From the IMG/VR virus record IMGVR_UViG_3300037484_000415, positions 1 through 26,763 of that record: a stretch of 26,763 nt of DNA. One strand, 5' to 3'. Positions 1-9,512 of the stretch are shown one piece after another; the first letter of the stretch is position 1, and every line of letters begins with the position of its first letter. The notes beneath the pieces were generated by a model. That model did no database searches. It saw nothing but the letters and a program-made list of their open reading frames with translations, and had not been told where the DNA came from. This DNA comes from a virus (Duplodnaviria; Caudoviricetes). A program made the translations under genes and the position numbers.

Positions 1-2
1 AC

Positions 3-509
3 GGTCGCGAGCGCCGCAATGCCGAGAACGCGAACGCGCGGCACAGGTTTCAGAGCCCGTTCAGCAACATCAGCAAGGACGCCTATCGGCAGATCAAGCA
101 GATGCACCTGGTGTGCCGAGGCCGGTTGCATGCGTTCAAGTTCCGCGACGAGCTCGACTATCAGGCCGACAACGAGGTGTTCGCTGCTGGCACTGGCGCG
201 CAGACCGTATTCCAGCTGCGCAAGATCTCGACGATCGACGGTATCAGCTACATCCGAAACGTCTACGCGATTGAATCGGCGGCGATCACGGTGAACGGCG
301 CGCCGACGTCTGTGACGCTCGACACGGATCGTGGTGAGGTGACCTTCACTGCGCCTCCTGCTGGCGCTGCCGTGCTTCGTTGGAGCGGACTCTTCGCGGT
401 GTGGGTGCGCTTCGATCAGGACTATCTGCCTTTTTCCATCGACAACGTGAATGCGGTGAACGGCTCGGTCGACCTGATCGAAGTGCCGCCGCCGGAGCCC
501 GAAGCATGA
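3..509 (+). CDS. Distal tail protein, DUF2460/TIGR02217-like (5'-truncated by window edge)
   Basis: Frame is open from position 3 (GRERRNAE...RGRLHAFKFRD...G.VTFTAPPA..LRWSG.F.VWVRFDQD). This is the typical first gene of a GTA-like tail-tip cluster. Confidence 0.8.
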   Translation, partial: GRERRNAENANARHRFQSPFSNISKDAYRQIKQMHLVCRGRLHAFKFRDELDYQADNEVFAAGTGAQTVFQLRKISTIDGISYIRNVYAIESAAITVNGAPTSVTLDTDRGEVTFTAPPAGAAVLRWSGLFAVWVRFDQDYLPFSIDNVNAVNGSVDLIEVPPPEPEA

Positions 510-1504
510 GAACCATTTCAGCCGCGCTTCAGGAGCACCTGGACAGCGGCGCAACCACGACCACGCTTCTGCTTCGCATCGATCCTGTGACGCCCGGCTA
601 TGCATCCGTCGGCGCGACGCTACTGGACCGCGACGTGGTCTACGACGACGGCGATGGTGAGGTGACCTACAAGGCCACCATCGGCATGGTGCCTTCCAAC
701 ATCGTCAGCAAGGCCAGCATGGAGGTCGGCAACACCGAGATCCAGCACCTGCTGCCGGAAACTGACCTTCCCATCTCCGAAGCCGACATATCGGCCGGCG
801 TTTACGACTTCGCCAGCTACACGCTCATGCTGGTGAACTACGAAGACCTGAGCATGGGTCACGTCATCATGCCTTCGGGGCACGGCCAGCTCGGGCAGAT
901 GCGCCAAGAGAACGGCCTGTCGTTCTGGAGCGAGCTGACGGCATTGATCAAGCTGCTCAAGCAGACGATCGTCGAGAAGGATTCGCTCACCTGCCGCGCC
1001 ATCTTCGGTAGCCAGCCGCTTGGAACTGAGGACTCAGGGGGTGAAGTAGTCACCCAGCGATTCCCGTGCGGCAAGGACACGACCGACATGTGGGTGGCTG
1101 GCACTGTCACCGCCGTTTCTCTTGAAACGAACCGCGCCTTCACCGCTGGCGCGCTCGGCGCTGCCGCCGATGTGTATGTGCCTGGGATGCTCCAGTGGCT
1201 GACCGGTGCGAACGCTGGCCGCTCCTACGAGGTGGAGTCGCAGACCTCGGGCGGCGTCATCGGACTCACGTTCGAGACCATGTTCCCCATCGAGACAGGT
1301 GACACCTTCCAGATTCGTCCCGACTGCACGAAGTGGAAGGACGGAAACAACGGGTGCAAGTTCCACTTCGACACCGAATGGGTTCTGCACTACCGCGGTG
1401 AGCCGCTGATTCCGGTGGCTGATGCCGATCAGATCAATGCGCCGGGCGCGTCCATGACCCCTAGCATCATCTCCGGCCCAGCAGAATCGAGCGGTGGCGC
1501 ATGA
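506..1504 (+). CDS. Baseplate hub / tail protein, DUF2163 (TIGR02218/BR0599-like)
   Basis: ATG at 506 overlaps the upstream stop (ATGA). N-term MRTISAALQEHL..G.TT, CRA.FG...C motif, C-term GDTF.I.PDC.K....C...F.....RGEP.IP. Confidence 0.85.
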   Translation: MRTISAALQEHLDSGATTTTLLLRIDPVTPGYASVGATLLDRDVVYDDGDGEVTYKATIGMVPSNIVSKASMEVGNTEIQHLLPETDLPISEADISAGVYDFASYTLMLVNYEDLSMGHVIMPSGHGQLGQMRQENGLSFWSELTALIKLLKQTIVEKDSLTCRAIFGSQPLGTEDSGGEVVTQRFPCGKDTTDMWVAGTVTAVSLETNRAFTAGALGAAADVYVPGMLQWLTGANAGRSYEVESQTSGGVIGLTFETMFPIETGDTFQIRPDCTKWKDGNNGCKFHFDTEWVLHYRGEPLIPVADADQINAPGASMTPSIISGPAESSGGA

Positions 1505-1944
1505 GCAAGCTCGTGGCATCCGCACGCAAGTGCCTCGGTGTGCCGTTCAAGCACCGTGGCCGCACTCTCGCTGGCCTCGACTGCGCCGGCCTGGGCCATT
1601 GGGCCTATCAGGACAACGGCATCACGCTGCCCGATATGGAACGCTACGGTCGCACACCGCACCGAGACGGCCTCGCCAGCATGATGGTCAAGGCGCTCGG
1701 GGAGCCGATCTGGCAAGGACGTCCCGGAGTAGTGGTGCCTCGCGATGTGATGCAGCCCGGCGACGTTGTGCTGATGCGCTTCGTGCAAGAGCCGCACCAT
1801 GTTGCGATCGTCACCGACTCGCCGACGCACGGCCTCGGGCTGATCCACTGCTACTCGAGCGCCGTGATTGATCGCGTCGTCGAGCATGGGCTCGACGCGA
1901 TGTGGCAGGCGCGCATCCTCGCGGTGTTTCGGAGGCCCGTGTAA
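1501..1944 (+). CDS. NlpC/P60 family tail-associated cell-wall peptidase
   Basis: ARKCLGVPFKHRGR...GLDCAGL (catalytic Cys), PGDVVL, HHVAIV, LIHC. Canonical position in the tail cluster. Confidence 0.9.
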   Translation: MSKLVASARKCLGVPFKHRGRTLAGLDCAGLGHWAYQDNGITLPDMERYGRTPHRDGLASMMVKALGEPIWQGRPGVVVPRDVMQPGDVVLMRFVQEPHHVAIVTDSPTHGLGLIHCYSSAVIDRVVEHGLDAMWQARILAVFRRPV

Positions 1945-4900
1945 TGGCACGCACAGTACTTCCGATCGCCGGCGCGATCATCGGCGCCTTCTACGGCAAC
2001 CCCTATGCCGGTTATGCCATCGGTGCGGCCATCGCTGGCGTCGTCGACCCGATCAACACCAAGGGTCCACGCATCGGAGAGACAGGAGCGCAAACCTCAC
2101 AAGAGGGGGCGCCTCGCGCTATCGTCTTCGCTACTTGCCAGGTCACCGGCAACGTCATCGCCAGCGGTCCGCTGATCAAGCGAGACGTGAAGGAGAGCCA
2201 GGGCAAGGGAGGCGGCACCACTTCGAGCGAGCATGCCTACCGGACCTATGCCGTCCGACTGTGTGAAGGACCGGTTGGCGCCTTCCTGCGCATCTGGGAG
2301 GACGACAAGCTCGTGTACGACGTGCGGACCGGCTCCACGATGGTCGAAGAGTCCTGGAGATGGGCCGCCAACAAGGTCTTCTACATGGGCGGCGAGGACC
2401 AGTTGCCTGACCCTAGCCTCCAGATGATCTTAGGCGTCGACGAAGTGCCGGCACACCGCGGCTCGGCTTACTTTGTCGCCATCGAAGAAGATCTGACCGA
2501 TCGCCGCGGATCGATCAAGCAATACCGTGCAGAGGTGGCCAGATCGATTTCGTCGGAGCTGGGAGAGTTGGTGGTTGGACCTACCACGACGGGCGGCTAT
2601 GGAACCTACCTGACGCTCGACGCCGACGACTACCCGCTGTTGCTCACCAGCCAGACGGGCGACTCGCCCGAGTGGGGAGTCGGCGATCCAGGGAGCTACG
2701 CCATCACGCGGTACATGCCGGACTTCACCCTGATCGGCTCATCCACGATTAACAATGTTGGCGATACCCCGGGAGATACACGGCTTTGGCCAATCGCCAT
2801 CGACGACGCAGGGCGTGCGATCTCCTATGACGGCAACTTCGGCTATTGCAAGTTGGTCAGCGGCGGCGCTCTTCAAGCGTTGCTGAAGCCGAGCCCAGGG
2901 GCGCCTGACAGCTGGTGGTACGCGGAATCCTTCTACTTCCCGGAGTACGGCGGTCTGGTCTGGTTCTATGGGACCGACATCTACATCGGCGTGCGCAAGA
3001 CAACTGCCGGGAGCTGGGACGCCATTTATAGATTCGCAGCCTTCGCATCAGGAACGGCGTACCCGCTGAGTGCGGTGAGCGGAATCACAGGAGACCCTGG
3101 AGCTCCGGTGTTCTGGATGCACGTCTCGACAACAGGAATCGTTCGGTCGATCGCCTACAACAGCGCGGGGGTAATGCAGAGCTATGCCAGCGATCTTTCT
3201 TCCATCGGAACGTCTGCTCTCCCCGCCGCGATTGCCGCTCGCTTCTCTTCCATCTCGGCCATCAGGTGCTTCGGTGTTGACGACCAGCGGGGGCTTCAAT
3301 GCTTCGTCGTTGATGTGGGAGGCGGCAGCGGGGTTGTCGCCTATGTCTACGACATGTCGGGCGCGCTCAAGGCTACCTATACGCTGTCCGGTGCTTCGGC
3401 GGGGACCAACACCAGCCGCGTCGTTTTTGGCCCTGCGGGGATCTACATCCAGTGCCATCACGACACGTTCCTGATTTCGGCGCCGCCAACCTATGACGGT
3501 GTGCCAATGGTCCTGTCCGAGGTGGTTGCCGAGATATGCGACCGCTGCGACTTCCCGCCTGAGAAGCGAGACGTTTCCGAACTAACTGACGTGGTGGCTG
3601 GGCTTGTGCTCGCCGGCGACTACACCGGTGCGGATGCCATCAACACGCTGCGCAGTCTGTATTTCTTCGACGCGGCCGATCAGGACAAGACCATCGTTTT
3701 CCCGAAGAGAGGAAAGGCGGTGGTCGCGACGATCACCGACGAGGACATCGTAGAAGCCGAGGAAAGCAGTAGGCGTGAGCAGGCGATCGAATACCCGAAG
3801 AAGCTGCATCTGGGCTACCAGAACGCAGTCGGTGGATACGCGGTTGCCAAGGCGACAAGTTCGCGAAGCAGCCCGGACGTTCGAGTGGTTGGGGAGGCGT
3901 CTACTTCGGTGCCCGTCGTCCTGAGCCCTGACCAGGCAGCACAAGCCGCGGCGAAGATGCACAAAGTTGCATGGGCGGAGGCGGAGGGCGAGCGAAAGCT
4001 GACGGTCCCACTCAGTTGGATCGCCTACATCGCGTCTGACTGCTTCGGCGTTGCTCTTCGTGGCCGCGTGACGCGCGAGCGTCTGGACGAACTGAACACC
4101 GCGGACGGCGTCATCGAGTACACGATGCGCCGCGATCGTCAGAGCGCCTACACGTCCGAAGTCACCGGCGTTCCGATCCCCGCGCCCACGCCACCGCCTT
4201 CGACGATTGTGGGCGAGACAGTACTTGCGGTCCTGGATATCTCGCCGCGCACAGAGAACGAGGATGACCTCAACCTCCTGTACGCGGTGACTGGCGGTCT
4301 GCCGGCCTGGGCGGGCGCGACCGTCCAGCGAAGTCTTGACGGTGGGGCCAACTTCTCGAGCGTGGTCGACATCAACCGTGGGCAGGTGCTGGGCACGCTG
4401 GTGAACGACTTGGCCGACGCATCGGAGTTCTACACCGACACCACCAATGTCCTGCGGGTTCAGCTATATCGGGACACCCAGAACATCGAGAGCATCACGG
4501 ACGCCCAGTTCCTGAGCGAGGGCGGCGCCTTCGCCGTGCAGCGGCCCGATGATTCCTGGGAGGTCATGCAGTTCCGTGATGCAGATGAGGTGTCGACGGG
4601 CGTCTACGACCTGAGCTACATGCATCGTGGACAGCTGAACTCTGGCACATCCGCGCACCTTGCTGGCGCTCTGTTCGTGATGCTGGCCGACGCCGTGAAG
4701 GTGCCGGCGCAGTCCGGATGGATCGGGACTGACCTGACGCATCGCGCGGTGAGCTACGGTGAATCGCCCGAGACGGCAGACGAGCAGACCCAGACCTACG
4801 TCGGCCGGTCGCAGCTCGAATGGGATGTGGCGTACCTGACGCTTGCGCGCGACGGCGCCGACAACATCTCGGGGACCTGGACGCCGCGGCATCGCCTCGG

Positions 4901-5105
4901 GACTGAGGACGCGCCCGTCGCGTCTGTCAACTTCCGCGGCTACCGGATCACGCTCGACGACGGTGTGCTGCCCGCGGTCACGCTCGACACCACCGTGCAG
5001 TCGTTTACCTACGACGCCAGCGGCTTGGGCACGCCGCTCACGGTCAGCGTTGCCGCCCTCAATCGAATCACGGGCGCAGGCCCATCAACGTCAGGAGCCA
5101 TCTGA
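1944..5105 (+). CDS. Central tail fibre / tip attachment protein (GTA gp15 / Phage-tail_3-like)
   Basis: ATG at 1944 overlaps the upstream TAA. About 1050 aa with YAVRLCEGPV..LRIW.D.KLVYD, Y.G.EDQLPD and PAHRG.AY motifs, plus C-terminal RGQL and W.PR.R motifs. Confidence 0.85.
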   Translation: MARTVLPIAGAIIGAFYGNPYAGYAIGAAIAGVVDPINTKGPRIGETGAQTSQEGAPRAIVFATCQVTGNVIASGPLIKRDVKESQGKGGGTTSSEHAYRTYAVRLCEGPVGAFLRIWEDDKLVYDVRTGSTMVEESWRWAANKVFYMGGEDQLPDPSLQMILGVDEVPAHRGSAYFVAIEEDLTDRRGSIKQYRAEVARSISSELGELVVGPTTTGGYGTYLTLDADDYPLLLTSQTGDSPEWGVGDPGSYAITRYMPDFTLIGSSTINNVGDTPGDTRLWPIAIDDAGRAISYDGNFGYCKLVSGGALQALLKPSPGAPDSWWYAESFYFPEYGGLVWFYGTDIYIGVRKTTAGSWDAIYRFAAFASGTAYPLSAVSGITGDPGAPVFWMHVSTTGIVRSIAYNSAGVMQSYASDLSSIGTSALPAAIAARFSSISAIRCFGVDDQRGLQCFVVDVGGGSGVVAYVYDMSGALKATYTLSGASAGTNTSRVVFGPAGIYIQCHHDTFLISAPPTYDGVPMVLSEVVAEICDRCDFPPEKRDVSELTDVVAGLVLAGDYTGADAINTLRSLYFFDAADQDKTIVFPKRGKAVVATITDEDIVEAEESSRREQAIEYPKKLHLGYQNAVGGYAVAKATSSRSSPDVRVVGEASTSVPVVLSPDQAAQAAAKMHKVAWAEAEGERKLTVPLSWIAYIASDCFGVALRGRVTRERLDELNTADGVIEYTMRRDRQSAYTSEVTGVPIPAPTPPPSTIVGETVLAVLDISPRTENEDDLNLLYAVTGGLPAWAGATVQRSLDGGANFSSVVDINRGQVLGTLVNDLADASEFYTDTTNVLRVQLYRDTQNIESITDAQFLSEGGAFAVQRPDDSWEVMQFRDADEVSTGVYDLSYMHRGQLNSGTSAHLAGALFVMLADAVKVPAQSGWIGTDLTHRAVSYGESPETADEQTQTYVGRSQLEWDVAYLTLARDGADNISGTWTPRHRLGTEDAPVASVNFRGYRITLDDGVLPAVTLDTTVQSFTYDASGLGTPLTVSVAALNRITGAGPSTSGAI

Positions 5106-5806
5106 TGGCAAGCATCCCGATTCTCCCGTTTGCTGTATGGGCCTCCGGCACGAACCAGAACAGCATTCCGGCCAACGACAACAGCCTGCGCAATCAGATC
5201 CTGAATGGCAACGTCATCAGCCAGGCGGTGACCGCGCAGCCGGCAAGCCCGACCGAAGGTGACATCTACATCATCGCGGCGACGCACACCGGGGCGCAGT
5301 GGGCGACCTTCACGCCGAAAGACCTGGCCATCTATAGCGGTGGATCTTGGTACGCATTCGCACCAGTGGCCGGCGTCGTCGTGAACGTGGCCGGCACTCT
5401 CTACTCCTACCAGTCCGGTGCATGGGCCGCCGTCACGGCGGGCGGCCCTGGCACGACCCAATGCATCCCGATCGCCTGCGGCGACGAGACCACCGCGATT
5501 ACGACCGGAACCGCCAAGGTGACCTTCCGCATGCCGTTCGCCATGATAGGCGTGACGGTCAAGGCGTCGCTGACCACGGCGCAGAGCAGCGGCAGCATCT
5601 TGACGGTGGATGTGAACGAGGGCGGCGTCTCGATCCTTTCCACGAAGCTGACCATCGACAACAGCGAGAAGACCAGCGCCACCGCAGCCACTCCACCTGT
5701 GGTCTCCGATTCGTCGCTGGCCGCTGACGCAGAGATCACGATCGACGTTGACCAGGTGGGCACGGGCGCTGCCGGGCTGAAGGTCTACATCCTGGGTACG
5801 GTATGA
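5105..5806 (+). CDS. DUF2793-like tail fibre protein
   Basis: TAQPASPTEGDIYIIAA..TGAQWA...LAIY.GG.W.AFAP motif followed by a beta-rich C-terminal domain. Coupled to its neighbours. Confidence 0.75.
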   Translation: MASIPILPFAVWASGTNQNSIPANDNSLRNQILNGNVISQAVTAQPASPTEGDIYIIAATHTGAQWATFTPKDLAIYSGGSWYAFAPVAGVVVNVAGTLYSYQSGAWAAVTAGGPGTTQCIPIACGDETTAITTGTAKVTFRMPFAMIGVTVKASLTTAQSSGSILTVDVNEGGVSILSTKLTIDNSEKTSATAATPPVVSDSSLAADAEITIDVDQVGTGAAGLKVYILGTV

Positions 5807-7392
5807 AGCTCCGACCAGTGGACATTGACGTTGCTCAACTGTCCGGGGCGCGCCGACGCTCGCGCATCAATGGCTCGGGCCCCGCAGTCAACGAGTTCCT
5901 GCTCAACCCCTACCGGTTCGGGAGCGGCGGCGGCGCCGTGTGGCCTCCCGCGGCTGGCGCTACCAGCGTCCTGGTAGACGACCCGAACTATGCGTCCTGC
6001 ACCGCGCTGCTGCATGGGAATGGCACCAACGGCAGCACCAATTTTGTTGATCAAATTGGCAGCCTATGGACGGCCAGCGGCAACGCGCAGATCAGCACCG
6101 CCAGCCCTATCTATGGCTCGTCCAACATGCTGTTCGACGGCGCGGGCGACTACATCAGCGCCACCCTCGCCAACGCTCTCGGAACAGCCGACTTCACCAT
6201 CCGTTGCAAGATCCGGATTGCTTCGCTCGCAAGCGATGGGGAAATCTTCTGCATCGGCGCCATCAGCAACACGAGCGCATTCGACTTGGTGCTCGAGTAC
6301 AAGACGACCGGCGCTCTGCGTGGGTCGATCCAGAACGGCAGCGGCACGGCCAATGTCGACATCACGACGGCGACCAGCCTGCTGGCGATCAACACCACCT
6401 ACGACATCGCATTCGTGGCTGACGGCTCCACGGCACGGCTTTACATCGATGGCGTGCAGCGCCAAAGCGGGGCCATTACAGGGACGCGCGTGCAGGCCCT
6501 GAGCAGTGCGCGCGTCGGGCACTTGGCTACCGCCGTCCCTCGCTACTTCAACGGGAAGATGAAGGGTCTCCAGCTCTACAACGGCGTTTGCCTCTACCCG
6601 AGCGGCACCACGTTCACGCCGCCGGCCAATGCCGACCGCCCGAGCTTGCCGGCGCTGACGTACATCAGCAGCTTCGCTACCTCTGTGACGACGGTCACGG
6701 ATGCCCAAGGCGTGGCCGACGATGGCACGGACCTGTACTACTCGAACAGCACAACCCTCTTCAAGTACTCGAAGGCCGGCTCGCTGATCACCTCGCGCAG
6801 CACGTCGGGCGATGCTCCGACACCGCGGACGCAGATCAACGGGCTCTTCTACAGGAGCGGTGTCCTCTATGTCTCGGCGGCCTACTACTCTGGGGGCGGC
6901 ACCTCTTACATCGCCGAGTACGACCCATCGACCTTGACGCCTCTGGGGGTGGTTCACACCTTAGACATTTCGGGCCTGACCAATGGCTTTTCCGAAGGGC
7001 TTGCCTGGTACGGCGGCTTCTGGTGGGTCGTCTTCCACTCCGACAAGAAGGTGGGCGTCTACACGTCGAACTTCAGTTCTCGTGTGGCCTTGCTCAATCT
7101 CGACTTCACCATCACCGGATCGAGCGGCGGCTTTGGCACAGGGCAGGGCTACGACGGCGTTGCGTGGTGGGGCGACTACATGCTCTGCAACATCCACGAG
7201 ACGTACAACGAAAAGAACCTCGACGTGTACTTCTGGAACGGCGCGACGCTAAGCAAGGTGTCCCGCATCGTTCGCACGCGCTCGGTGGAAAGCCAAGGCA
7301 TTGCGCTGGATCCGAGCGACACGACCGTGCTGCGTCTTGCCGAGCGCAACTACAGCGGCAATGACGGAATTGCCAAGCGGCAGTTCGTCTGA
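5803..7392 (+). CDS. Putative receptor-binding protein: LamG/ConA-like lectin domain plus probable beta-propeller
   Basis: LLHGNGTNGST.F.D, FDG.GDYI, GTADFTI and LYIDG..FNG motifs (LamG-like). C-terminal repeats QGVA.DG..LY, EGLAW.GG.WW, DGVAW.G, QGIA.D resemble propeller blades. Confidence 0.65.
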   Translation: MKLRPVDIDVAQLSGARRRSRINGSGPAVNEFLLNPYRFGSGGGAVWPPAAGATSVLVDDPNYASCTALLHGNGTNGSTNFVDQIGSLWTASGNAQISTASPIYGSSNMLFDGAGDYISATLANALGTADFTIRCKIRIASLASDGEIFCIGAISNTSAFDLVLEYKTTGALRGSIQNGSGTANVDITTATSLLAINTTYDIAFVADGSTARLYIDGVQRQSGAITGTRVQALSSARVGHLATAVPRYFNGKMKGLQLYNGVCLYPSGTTFTPPANADRPSLPALTYISSFATSVTTVTDAQGVADDGTDLYYSNSTTLFKYSKAGSLITSRSTSGDAPTPRTQINGLFYRSGVLYVSAAYYSGGGTSYIAEYDPSTLTPLGVVHTLDISGLTNGFSEGLAWYGGFWWVVFHSDKKVGVYTSNFSSRVALLNLDFTITGSSGGFGTGQGYDGVAWWGDYMLCNIHETYNEKNLDVYFWNGATLSKVSRIVRTRSVESQGIALDPSDTTVLRLAERNYSGNDGIAKRQFV

Positions 7393-7418
7393 CCAGCTGC
7401 CGCCTTCCTTCAACGATC

Positions 7419-7443
7419 AACCCGCTTCGGCGGGTTTTCTTTT
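7419..7443 (+). terminator. Rho-independent terminator after the tail genes
   Basis: AACCCGC-TTCG-GCGGGTT followed by TTCTTTT. Confidence 0.85.
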
Positions 7444-7484
7444 GCCCGAAAGGTTCCCATGAAACTACTGCTGAAGGTCAAACC

Positions 7485-7985
7485 ATGAGCCCCATGGTTT
7501 CAGACCTGCGCGAATACATCGCTCACGCGCGCTCGGTCCCTGCCGACCAGAACCGCGCCGAGGTGCGGATCTACGCGGCACTCACCACCGCCGGTTTCAT
7601 GCTATCGATGCTGGAGCCGATGTTCTACCTGCTGACCGTGCCCGAAGCCATGATCGTGCGCGTCGCGAGCCTGGCCCCTTCGACATGGTGCGTCTTCGCC
7701 GCTTTCGCGCTGTGCCTCTGCGCGACGGTCCCGCACATGTTCACGCTGATGTTCCGACCGCAGAGCCTCGGCAAGCGCTGGCCACGGCGCTTCGCGGCAT
7801 ACGGCACGTTCGGCAGCGCGGTCACATGGATCGTCCTGGCCAACCTCGCTTACCCGATGGACGTTGGAGGCCTTGAATGGGCCTATGCCCTGCGCGCCGT
7901 CGGTTCGATCTTGGTCGGACTGACCTACGGTTTCTCGGTGAATGCTGATCAGGGCAGGGAGGCGCTCGATGCCACGGACGATTAA
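7485..7985 (+). CDS. Membrane protein with about 4 TM segments (lysis cassette; holin/antiholin candidate)
   Basis: Four hydrophobic stretches; first gene before the endolysin. Confidence 0.6.
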   Translation: MSPMVSDLREYIAHARSVPADQNRAEVRIYAALTTAGFMLSMLEPMFYLLTVPEAMIVRVASLAPSTWCVFAAFALCLCATVPHMFTLMFRPQSLGKRWPRRFAAYGTFGSAVTWIVLANLAYPMDVGGLEWAYALRAVGSILVGLTYGFSVNADQGREALDATDD

Positions 7986-8469
7986 CCGCCTCGTGGGCCT
8001 GTGGCTCATGTGCTTTTGCGCGCTCAGCTATGCCGCTTCCACCACCTTCGCGGAGGACGTGGCCAGCTACGACTGGACGTCGCTGCTTCTTGCCGGCGCG
8101 GCGGGTCTTCTGGGCGGTGCCGGTCGCACGTTGCTGACCCTGGTCAGCGAGAAGCAGTTCGTCGGCAACCTTCGATGGGTTTTGCTGAAGGATCTGGTCG
8201 TTGCTTTGATCGGCGGGGGCTTCGCCTACCTCTGCATCCAGGGCTACAACGATTGGTCCAGCAGCCTCACGATCGTTTCTTTCCCGCCGATCGGTCGCGG
8301 CTTTCGCGTGTTGATCATCGTCCTGGCTGGCGCCTCTCGTGGTCGCTGGCTGGGCGTCATCGACCGCTTGACCGCCGACGCCATCGCCAATGCCCGCCAG
8401 AAGCTGCGTGGCGGAGCGCCTAGCGACGACCAGCCAATCACTGCGGCCGTGCCGCTGGGGAAAGAGTGA
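7969..8469 (+). CDS. Putative holin
   Basis: ATG at 7969 after GGGAGG. N-terminal signal-like segment plus 2-3 TM segments and a charged C-terminus. Stop overlaps the endolysin start. Confidence 0.6.
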   Translation: MPRTINRLVGLWLMCFCALSYAASTTFAEDVASYDWTSLLLAGAAGLLGGAGRTLLTLVSEKQFVGNLRWVLLKDLVVALIGGGFAYLCIQGYNDWSSSLTIVSFPPIGRGFRVLIIVLAGASRGRWLGVIDRLTADAIANARQKLRGGAPSDDQPITAAVPLGKE

Positions 8470-8954
8470 CCATGACCTTCGATGAAGCATTCGACATCCT
8501 GATCGGACACGAGGGCGGCTATGCCAACCACCCGAAGGATCCTGGCGGCGAAACAATGTGGGGGGTGACGAAGCGCGTAGCAGTCGCCAGCGGCTACACC
8601 GGCCCCATGCGCGACCTGCCGCGCGATCTCGCCAAGGGCATCTACCGCAAGCAGTACTGGGACACCGTGCAGGCAGATCAACTGCCCGATGGCGTCAAGT
8701 TCGATGTCTTCGATGCGGCGGTCAATTCCGGTGACAAGCAGGCCGTCAAGTGGCTCCAGCGCGCGGCCGGTGCGACAGACGACGGCGTCATCGGTGCCAA
8801 GACGATCGCCGCGGCGCGCTCTGCGGGTCCTCTCCTGGCTGCTCACTTCAACGGCCTGCGCCTGCAGTTCATGGCCGACCTCCCCACCTGGCCTGCGTTC
8901 TCGCGTGGCTGGGCTCGCCGCATCGCGGCAAACCTCATTCGACTGGAGGCTTGA
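8466..8954 (+). CDS. Endolysin, glycosyl hydrolase family 108
   Basis: HEGGYANHPKDPGGETMWGVT, FDAAVNSG, LQRA.G..DDG.IG.KT, F.RGW.RR. Confidence 0.92.
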   Translation: MTMTFDEAFDILIGHEGGYANHPKDPGGETMWGVTKRVAVASGYTGPMRDLPRDLAKGIYRKQYWDTVQADQLPDGVKFDVFDAAVNSGDKQAVKWLQRAAGATDDGVIGAKTIAAARSAGPLLAAHFNGLRLQFMADLPTWPAFSRGWARRIAANLIRLEA

Positions 8955-9512
8955 ATGGCTGAATTCGATTGGAAGCGGCTGGTCGCCGGTATCGCTCCGG
9001 TTCTCGGCACGGCTCTTGGTGGACCGCTGATCGGCGCGGCCGTCGGCCAGATCGGTAGCGTGCTGCTGGGCAACCCCAGTGCCACGGAAGATCAGGTGGC
9101 TGAGGCCATGCGAGGCGGCTTGAGCGGCGAGCAGATCGTCGCGCTCAAGGAGGCGGACATCGCCTTCCAGACCCGCATGCGTGAGTTGGACATCGACGTC
9201 GAGAAACTGAACGCCGACACCGAGAAGGCATATCTGCAGGACGTGCAAGACGCGCGCGCCCGGCAGGTGGCAACCAAAGACCCGACGCCGCAGGTGATCC
9301 TGGCCGTCCTCTTCGTGCTGTGGGCCGGTACTTTCATCGCCTTCTACACCTTGCCCCTTCCCGCGGACGAGTTCTTGCGCGCCCTGATCGTGCGCGCATA
9401 CGCAACGATCGAAACCGGCCTGACTGGCGCGATCGCCTACTTCATCGGCTCCAGCCGGGGCAGCAAACAGAGCGGCGATGCCGTTCGCAAGATCGCGGAG
9501 AAAAATTCATGA
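8955..9512 (+). CDS. Holin-like membrane protein (GTA 3TM holin-like)
   Basis: APVLGTALGGP N-terminus, D.QDARAR motif, two C-terminal TMs ending in YFIGSSRGS..K. Confidence 0.65.
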   Translation: MAEFDWKRLVAGIAPVLGTALGGPLIGAAVGQIGSVLLGNPSATEDQVAEAMRGGLSGEQIVALKEADIAFQTRMRELDIDVEKLNADTEKAYLQDVQDARARQVATKDPTPQVILAVLFVLWAGTFIAFYTLPLPADEFLRALIVRAYATIETGLTGAIAYFIGSSRGSKQSGDAVRKIAEKNS

